The notes under the pieces are model-generated. The model was given only the letters and a program-made list of their open reading frames with translations, was not told the DNA's origin and ran no database searches. A stretch of 64,000 nt of DNA from assembly GCA_964016885.1 (NCBI GenBank), contig OZ024743.1, forward strand, positions 344,348,001 through 344,412,000, in the 5' to 3' direction. The stretch is from Eledone cirrhosa (Eukaryota). Positions 54,299 through 64,000 of this stretch are shown here, one piece after another. A program made the translations under genes and the position numbers. The number at the start of each line of letters is the position of its first letter. Within the stretch, counting starts at the first letter, position 1.

Positions 54299-54533
54299 TG
54301 TGTAGCTGCATGTGTAGACATAGGAATGTTTCAATGTATATACGTATGTCTATGTGAATGTATGCGTACGTGTGTATGCGTATATGTCTATTTTCATATG
54401 TGAAAGAGTATGTTATAGGATGGTATGTGTATGACGATCTGTATATATTTATTTATGTATATATAAAAGTGAATGTGCATATATATATAGGCGTTTGGCT
54501 TTGTATTAAAGGTGTTCAGCTCATCATCATAAT

Positions 54534-54715
54534 TGTTTCTACGTTTGGCACAAGGCCAGCAATTACCCAGTGCATTACTGGTACTTTATTTTATCGACCC
54601 CGTAAGGATGAAAGGCAAAGTTAACCTCGGCGGGATTTGAACTCAAACCATAAAGGGCCGTAACTCTTTACTGCAAAGCAATGCGTCCGACCCTCTACCG
54701 ATACTGCCAATCCAC
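54534..54715 (-). mobile_element. SINE with 17-bp TSD
   Basis: CAGCTCATCATCATAAT flanks both ends. Confidence 0.85.
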
Positions 54716-54929
54716 CAGCTCATCATCATAATAATGTGAATTCGATTCTGGCGGTGCAATGTGTTCTTGGGCAAGATACTTTATTTCACGTTACACCATT
54801 CCACTCAGCTGAAAAAATATAATTTGTACATGTAATGCAAAGAGCCAGAATTACGTTAAACATACACGTATATGTGCAATACACATCCATTTACACATTA
54901 ATTTTATAAGCTTGTGCAACAACATAAGT

Positions 54930-54950
54930 GTATTTATATATAAACATATG

Positions 54951-55018
<68 letters not shown>

Positions 55019-55503
55019 TATGTATATGTATGTGTATGTATGTGTATGTATATATATATATATATATATGTATGTATATGTATGTGTATGTATGTGTATG
55101 TATATATATATATATGTATGTATATGTATGTGTATGTATGTGTATGTATGTGTATGTATATATATATGTATATATATACATATGTGTATGTATATATATA
55201 TATATGTGTATGTATATGTATGTGTATGTATGTGTATGTATATATATATATATATATATATGAGTATGTATATGTATGTGTATGTATGTGTATGTATATA
55301 TATGTATATATAAACATATGTGTATGTATATATATATATATGTATATATAAACATATGTGTATGTATATATATATGTGCATGTATATGTATGTGTATGTA
55401 TGTGTATGTATATATATGTATATATAAACATATGTGTATATATATATGTATGAGTATGTATATGTGTATGTATGTGTATGTATATATATATGTATATATA
55501 AAC

Positions 55504-55535
<32 letters not shown>

Positions 55536-56450
55536 GAGTATGTATATGTATGTGTATATATATATATATGAGTATGTATATGTGTATGTATGTGTATGTA
55601 TATATATATATCTATATATATATCTATATATGAGTATGTATATATATGTGTATGTATGTGTATGTATATATATATGTATATATAAACATATGCGTATGTA
55701 TATATATGTGTATGTATATGTATGCGTATGTATGTGTAGGTATATATATATGTACATATAAACATGTGTATGTATATATATATATATGTGTATGTATATG
55801 TATGTGTATGTATGTGTATGTATATATATATGTATATATAAACATATGTGTATGTATATATATATATGTGTATGTATATGTATGCGTATGTATGTGTATG
55901 TATATATATATATGTATATATAAACATATGTGTATGTATATACATATATATGTGTATGTATATGCATATGTATGTGTATGTATGTATATATATATGTATA
56001 TATAAACATGTGTGTATGTATATATATATATGTGTATGTATATGCATATGTATGTGTATATATATATAGATATATGTATATATAAACATGTGTATGTATA
56101 TATATATATGTGTATGTATATGTATGTGTATGTATGTGTATGTATATATATATGTATATATAAACATATGTGTATGTATATATATATATATATATGTGTA
56201 TGTATATGTATGTGTATGTATATATATATGTATATATAAATATATGTGTCTGTATATATATATATATATCTGTGTATGTATATGTATGTGTATGTATATA
56301 TATGTGTATGCATACATGTGTATGTATATATAAACATATGTGTCTGTATATATATATATATATATCTGTGTATGTATATGTATGTGTATGTATATATATG
56401 TGTATGCATACATGTGTATGTATATATAAACATATGTGTATGTATATATC
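54930..56450. repeat. 1.5-kb TA/TG compound satellite with recurring AAACATATG
   Basis: Direct reading. Confidence 0.95.
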
Positions 56451-56828
56451 GAAAAGTATGCTCTGGGTGCGTATGTGTACGAGTAGGTGTATTTTGTGTG
56501 AGAATAAACTTGAGATTCATAATTAAAAATTAAATTCAACAAAAAACAAAAAGCAAAACAGGAAAAAAGCGCATGTAATAGGAATCAAAATAATAAATTA
56601 ATATAGTAAATAGATAAATAATAATATTGATAATAAAAATAATAACAATGATATATGAATAACTGTATAAATAATAACGGAATCTAAAAATCTGAAGATA
56701 AAAAAAATATAAAACAAATGACTGCCAGATATGAGTGTATATATATATATGTATGTGTGTGTATATATATATTCTTGTTTTCGGTGTTTTCATTTTTTTA
56801 TAGTCATCGTGTATGTATGTGCGTACAT

Positions 56829-57019
<191 letters not shown>

Positions 57020-57330
57020 CGTGTGTGTGTATATATACGCACATGCATACACGATGACTATAAAATATGAATAATAATAAACAACCGAAAACAAGAATAA
57101 TAATTTTCTTCCTGTTTTATTATGTTTTATTATGGCTGTTTTTTTTAAATAATAAAAAGAAATCTGATATAAAATATATTTTTCATTATATATTGATTTT
57201 TTATGGCGATGAACATATTAATATCTAAATAACAAAAAGAGCAACGTAATGTTTACTGTCAACATTTACTTCATTTGAATGTGAACGTAATTTTCTCTTG
57301 TCTAGAAAAACAAATACACACATACGCACG

Positions 57331-57418
<88 letters not shown>

Positions 57419-57427
57419 CAGACACAG

Positions 57428-57458
<31 letters not shown>

Positions 57459-57573
57459 CATGCACACAGACACAAGCATACATATATATATATACACACA
57501 CACATACACACACATACGGTCACCCTCACATATATATATACACACACATACACACACTCACACTCACACACAT

Positions 57574-57604
<31 letters not shown>

Positions 57605-59240
57605 TATATATATACATACATTCGCACGCACAAACATTCACACACACACATATATGTATTGAGTTCTATTTTTTTAATAATATTATTTCACCTTTATCGA
57701 ATGACATATTTTTCTCTGGTAGAATAAAAATAACGACATTAAAAAATTAAAAATGACAAAAAAAAATAGCAAAAGCAACAAGAAATAACTGTAAATAGAA
57801 CAAAAACAACAACAATAACCACAGAAATATCACAACAACAACAACAACAACAACAACAAAAACATCAACAACAACAGCGCAAGCAATAAGAATAAGAAAA
57901 TCAAAGCAAACATTTGTGAAAAACACTATACAAAGAGGATTAGATTGCAACATTACAAATAGATTTTGGAAATGAAGACGGCAGGAAACAGTTTTATGAA
58001 CGATTTGCATATCCTTTGATTAGTTTCAGTTATTAAAAAAATTTTTTTTATATTTATCTTTCGTTTTCAATTTTGTAATTTATATTTGCAAAATACATAA
58101 ATAAAATAAAATTAGGGCGTGGTGTATGTGGTGTGTTTATATGTATATGGAAAACGTTGTCTCTTTGCATGTGTTGAATCTATTTCCATGAGTAAATGTT
58201 TGTATGAGAGGAAGTAAGTGGTAGAGAAAGAGAGAGAGAGATGGAAATAAGGAGAGATGGTGAGAAGGAGGTGTTATGTTGTTGATAGAATAGTGTGTAG
58301 GTTGGTGTATGGAGATATCTGCAATATTAATTTCAATTTAGAATTTCAAGTTTTGTTCTTCTTTGTCTTTCATATTTCGCTTTGATTTTGTATTTGTTTC
58401 TTTATGTGGCGTGTATTTGTGTGTATTTTATTTTGTGGTGTATGCTGTGTTTTTGTGTGTCTGGTGGTTGTTTTGTATAATTGTATCTCTGTATGGCTTT
58501 ATATTTGCTTGATAAATTATATATTTATTTGTTTGTTTGACTATTTGCTTGTATGATTTGCCCTTTAATCTCCCCACCACCATTCCAATGCCGTTGTCTA
58601 GCGTAATGTTCAACCCAATCTCCTCCTTTCTCTTTGCCAGCCATAATTGCTATTTTGTGTTAATATTTACATAAAAATTGAAATATGATATTTTGATAGA
58701 GAACAGTTCCACAGTTCGACAGTTTCACAATCTCACTCCCCTATTCAGTTCTACATCATTCAGCACCACTCTGCATCCCTCTGGAGCACTACCAAGCTTT
58801 CAATTAGGAGAAGTGTCACATAAGAGTCAATGTGTTAGAGCAGAATTTGATTTGTTTGGTTTTGTTTTCGTTTATAACTCGTTGTCATAAAAGAGCCAAG
58901 GTGACATGAAAAATGTTCATTTATGTAAACGTAAATGATACAAAATACTGCGATTTAATTTGTCTCCAAAGACTATTGAAGCGTTTTAAAGTTACTACAA
59001 TTTCTTTTCAACACGCTGAGGCGTATGTGTATATATGTGCGTGCGTGTGTGTCTCTGCATACTCATACATTTATATGTATGAGTATATAAATAAAGACGC
59101 GCAAACACAGACACACTAACAAAAATGCACACTCACAGACATACATTCACACTCTCACAGACATACATTCACACAAATACACATACATCCACACAAACAC
59201 ACACAACATACACACACACACACACACATACACTCGCACA

Positions 59241-59640
59241 TAGCGTAGCAAATGGTATGCCAGCCGCTGTTGTGATATAGTGTTTTTTTCACCATCCACT
59301 TCCTTCCTTTTACACACACATACATTGACACAAACAGACACACACACATACACTCACACACAGCGTAGCAAATGAAACGCCAGCCACTGTTTTGATATAG
59401 TTTTTTTCACCATCCCCTTCCTTCTTTTACACACACATACATTCACACAAACAACACATAAATTCACACAAACACATACCTGCACTCACACAGAGCGTAG
59501 CAAATGAAACGCCAACTGTTGTTTTGATGTATAGTTTTTTCACCATCCCGTTCCTTCATTTTCTTCTTTTTACACACATACATTCACACAAACACACACG
59601 TTGTGTGACGGACGGAAATCGCTCAAATTTATATAGAGAT
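59241..59640 (-). mobile_element. Possible non-autonomous Helitron-like 5' end with three internal repeats of about 120-130 bp
   Basis: Minus strand begins A-TCTCTATATAAATTTGAGCGATTTCCGTCCGTCAC; AGCGTAGCAAATG...TTTTTTCACCATCC occurs three times. No 3' hairpin or CTRR end identified. Confidence 0.4.
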
Positions 59641-59777
59641 ATTCGCATTTTGTTTTATAGTTGCTTTTGATATAACAGGAGTGATTGTAGATGGTTTTTA
59701 AAGGTTCTTTTCGAGTAGAACAGAGGGTATTACGAAAGGGAATGCAGTGCCTTAATATCCAGCTTTGAAATAATAAT

Positions 59778-59998
59778 TGTTTCTATTTTAGGCACAAGGC
59801 CAGCAATTTTTTTAAGAAGAGGGGAAAGTCGATTAAATCGACCCCAGTGCTTTACTGGTGCTTTATTTTATCGACCCCGTAAGGATGAAAGGCAAAGCTA
59901 ACCTCGACGGGATTTGAACTCAGACTGTAAATTGGTGTAACTCTATGCTGAAAAGCATGGCGTCCGACTTTCTACCGATACTTCCAATCCACCACCCT
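59778..59998 (-). mobile_element. SINE (long variant) with 18-bp TSD
   Basis: CAGCTTTGAAATAATAAT at 59760-59777 and 59999-60016. Confidence 0.85.
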
Positions 59999-61163
59999 CA
60001 GCTTTGAAATAATAATAAAAATGTTTTGATTAGCAAAATATGAGGCGCACGACTGAGACTTTTTAGGATCTTAGTCTTATGTGTGGACCTGAAATACGTG
60101 TTTATGTGTCGAATTTTCCTTGTCTGAGAAGCATTCAAGATATGATCATTCCGTCACCCTTTGTGATTGCAAACTATCTTATCCTATGCAGTCATTCCAT
60201 TTTAAGGTGGTGGTGTGAATTAAGGATTATCTGTGGGCTGTTAGGTACTCCATCTTCTATGTTTACGTTGCTGTGGTATTATATGAGACGGATACATAGG
60301 TGGTTATAAGACGAATAGATTGTATTTATGAGGTTAATTTTTTCTTTTTTTTCTTCGTGTAGAGTACACACATCTGTTGAAGTATTAACTAATTGAATAA
60401 ACACAATCAACTACTAAGCAGCTACTTTGTAATTGTTTAAAAAACAAACAAACAATACTACTCACCAATTTAAGAAAAAAAAACAGCAACACCCCCATCC
60501 CAAAACACACACACTCAAGTATACACACATATTAGTACCGGCACTTAAGACACAACCTAATTCTTACTGCCACGCATGGCTAAACTAAGAATAAACAAAA
60601 AAAAAACGCATGCAATTATAATTTTTTACCAGTCATAGCTCACCAGTTTTCTAAATATATTCTCCCATCATGAAATAAAATATCTATTAATCACCCACTG
60701 ATTTCGACACGTAACATATCAATTTTCTTCATTTATAAGGATTTTTCTTTATTAATAAAATTCTGTCATTTTAACATGTGCATTTAAATTTATATCAACC
60801 AAAATTCTCACTCTCTCTATATATATTTAACTCGCTCACACAGACACAAACACACAAGCATACACATATACACACAAACGCATAAATAGATACACACCAA
60901 CAGAGATATTGAATTACAAATAAGTATATTATTAAATAAGCCATTCACAACATGGCCCAGTAATAAACATGAAAACTAAACTGCACGCCAGAAAATCCAG
61001 ACAGCCAACGCAGTCAGAAGAAGCTAGAATGCCGAAACTTTGATGTCAATGACACGTTTCTCATCAGAAAGTAAATTTTACACTCTCTCTACATGCATTC
61101 AGTTTATGTTTGAATGTCTAAAGTAAAATGGGATTGTAAATACCCACTTTAGTATATATATAT

Positions 61164-61820
61164 ATGAGGACCCCCCTCCCCCACACCGTTCTTTCTTTCT
61201 TCGTATTCCCACTGCATTTTAAGTTACTTTAAAAGCAACTACACACCGATTTCTAATCTCCATATATTTCATCATGTTTTTCGCTGTGACCATTCTTCTC
61301 TCCTCTTCTACCTAGCTATTTCGCCACTTTCTACTCTCACCCCTCTTTCTTCCACGCCCTTTCTCCCTATCTACTCTTACCCCACTTTCTTCCTCTCCCT
61401 TTCTCCCTCTCACTTTCACCCCCGCGTCTGACCGTTTAAGCAGTTCTCTTCTCATTTACAACTGCGGCGGCAAACGTGTGTCTCTCCTCTCGATTACTCG
61501 GTCTCAAACTTAAGTTCTATTATCGAGTGGTCTTGGATTTCCTACCTATAGTTGCTCGCACATTGCTCGTTTTTTTTTTTTCAGCTGTTGTGTTACTGTT
61601 TCTCTTTTCTTCCCCTTTGCTTTCCTTCGTTTTCCCAATAACTTATCCGGCTATTGACGCCCTGGGGTGAAGTTGTATCTTGTCTTTAAATCGTAGAAAT
61701 ATCCTAGACCCCAGCAGACAACTGATGAGGACCCCCCCCCCCCGCCTGTTCTTGCTTTCTTCGTATTCCCACTGAATTTTAAGTTACCTTAAATAGCAAC
61801 TACACAGCCATTTGTATTCT

Positions 61821-61830
<10 letters not shown>
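61164..61830. repeat. Element with about 100-bp imperfect direct terminal repeats (period about 561 bp) between (TA)n tracts
   Basis: ATGAGGACCCCCC...CTTCGTATTCCCACTG.ATTTTAAGTTAC...CTCCATATAT at 61164-61267 and 61725-61830. Confidence 0.75.
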
Positions 61831-61855
<25 letters not shown>

Positions 61856-61865
<10 letters not shown>

Positions 61866-64000
61866 AATATAGACATAGAATATTCGAAAATATTCTGTAT
61901 GTTTATAATAAACATTTTGAAGACCTAATCGCTATAGAATAGAATACGTCACGTATTACAATTAGATTCTCGATAAAAGCAAGGGAAGTAATCTACGCGT
62001 TTCATTCTTGTTAGAAATCATCAGGACTACATATCCAGTGCTTTTATCGAGAATGACACAGCTAGAGACTTATAGAATACTTAGCCGTGTACAGGAACTG
62101 GTTTGAAAGAGCGGTTGCCGGTCCGGCAGAAATTAGAAATTGGAATAAATGCTCTGAAATAGCGATATATATGTGAATATAGACATAGAATATTCGAAAA
62201 TATTCTGTATGTTTATAATAAACATTTTGAAGACCTAATCGCTATAGAATAGAATACGTCACGTATTACAATTAGATTCTCGATAAAAGCAAGGGAAGTA
62301 ATCTACGCGTTTCATTCTTGTTAGAAATCATCAGGACTACATATCCAGTGCTTTTATCGAGAATGACACAGCTAGAGACTTATAGAATACTTAGCCGTGT
62401 ACAGGAACTGGTTTGAAAGAGCGGTTGCCGGTCCGGCAGAAATTAGAAATTGGAATAAATGCTCTGAAATAGCGATATATATGTGAATATAGACATAGAA
62501 TATTCGAAAATATTCTGTATGTTTATAATAAACATTTTGAAGACCTAATCGCTATAGAATAGAATACGTCACGTATTACAATTAGATTCTCGATAAAAGC
62601 AAGGGAAGTAATCTACGCGTTTCATTCTTGTTAGAAATCATCAGGACTACATATCCAGTGCTTTTATCGAGAATGACACAGCTAGAGACTTATAGAATAC
62701 TTAGCCGTGTACAGGAACTGGTTTGAAAGAGCGGTTGCCGGTCCGGCAGAAATTAGAAATTGGAATAAATGCTCTGAAATAGCGATATATATGTGAATAT
62801 AGACATAGAATATTCGAAAATATTCTGTATGTTTATAATAAACATTTTGAAGACCTAATCGCTATAGAATAGAATACGTCACGTATTACAATTAGATTCT
62901 CGATAAAAGCAAGGGAAGTAATCTACGCGTTTCATTCTTGTTAGAAATCATCAGGACTACATATCCAGTGCTTTTATCGAGAATGACACAGCTAGAGACT
63001 TATAGAATACTTAGCCGTGTACAGGAACTGGTTTGAAAGAGCGGTTGCCGGTCCGGCAGAAATTAGAAATTGGAATAAATGCTCTGAAATAGCGATATAT
63101 ATGTGAATATAGACATAGAATATTCGAAAATATTCTGTATGTTTATAATAAACATTTTGAAGACCTAATCGCTATAGAATAGAATACGTCACGTATTACA
63201 ATTAGATTCTCGATAAAAGCAAGGGAAGTAATCTACGCGTTTCATTCTTGTTAGAAATCATCAGGACTACGTGACGTATTCTATTCTATAGCGATTAGGT
63301 CTTCAAAATGTTTATTATAAACATACAGAATATTTTCGAATATTCTATGTCTATATTCACATATATATCGCTATTTCAGAGCATTTATTCCAATTTCTAA
63401 TTTCTGCCGGACCGGCAACCGCTCTTTCAAACCAGTTCCTGTACACGGCTAAGTATTCTATAAGTCTCTAGCTGTGTCATTCTCGATAAAAGCACTGGAT
63501 ATGTAGTCCTGATGATTTCTAACAAGAATGAAACGCGTAGATTACTTCCCTTGCTTTTATCGAGAATCTAATTGTAATACGTGACGTATTCTATTCTATA
63601 GCGATTAGGTCTTCAAAATGTTTATTATAAACATACAGAATATTTTCGAATATTCTATGTCTATATTCACATATATATCGCTATTTCAGAGCATTTATTC
63701 CAATTTCTAATTTCTGCCGGACCGGCAACCGCTCTTTCAAACCAGTTCCTGTACACGGCTAAGTATTCTATAAGTCTCTAGCTGTGTCATTCTCGATAAA
63801 AGCACTGGATATGTAGTCCTGATGATTTCTAACAAGAATGAAACGCGTAGATTACTTCCCTTGCTTTTATCGAGAATCTAATTGTAATACGTGACGTATT
63901 CTATTCTATAGCGATTAGGTCTTCAAAATGTTTATTATAAACATACAGAATATTTTCGAATATTCTATGTCTATATTCACATATATATCGCTATTTCAGA
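61856..64000. repeat. 310-bp tandem array with one hammerhead ribozyme per unit (non-LTR retrozyme-like); about 4.5 units, then inverted from 63271 to the window end
   Basis: ATGTGAATATAGAC recurs at 61861, 62171, 62481, 62791 and 63101 (period 310), with units identical by eye. From 63271 the sequence is the reverse complement of the unit. Confidence 0.95.
63503..63545 (+). ncRNA. Minimal type I hammerhead ribozyme; also 63813-63855 (+) and 61988-62030, 62298-62340, 62608-62650, 62918-62960, 63228-63270 (-)
   Basis: GTAGTC-CTGATGA-TTTCT AACA AGAAT-GAAA-CGCG-TA-GATTAC. Helix I GTAGTC/GATTAC, core CUGAUGA and GAAA, palindromic CGCG in helix III, GUA cleavage triplet. Confidence 0.9.

Noticed and set aside
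54851-56542. 563-aa Tyr/Ile/His ORF
   Set aside because: Translation of a TA/TG compound satellite.

Overview
AT-rich, microsatellite-saturated eukaryotic DNA. The SINE families and repeat style suggest a cephalopod (octopus-like) genome; this is inference. No host protein-coding gene can be confirmed, and most ORFs in the track are microsatellite artefacts. The real coding content is retroelements: an apparently intact full-length Tx1/L1-clade LINE (43011-48786, minus) with a 22-bp target duplication in (GATA)n; three R4/Dong-like RLE LINE copies in (TAA)n (25.5-33.5 kb); decayed R4-like, Tx1, Vingi-like and mariner relics; about 25 tRNA-derived SINEs; and hAT and Tc2-like MITEs. The most striking signal is a set of type I hammerhead ribozyme motifs in at least three unrelated repeat families. 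These are a near-identical 310-bp tandem retrozyme-like array that flips head-to-head at 63270, a 516-bp terminally redundant unit at 40.4-41.0 kb, and a 5'-truncated Penelope-like element with inverted pseudo-LTRs at 37.1-39.8 kb.
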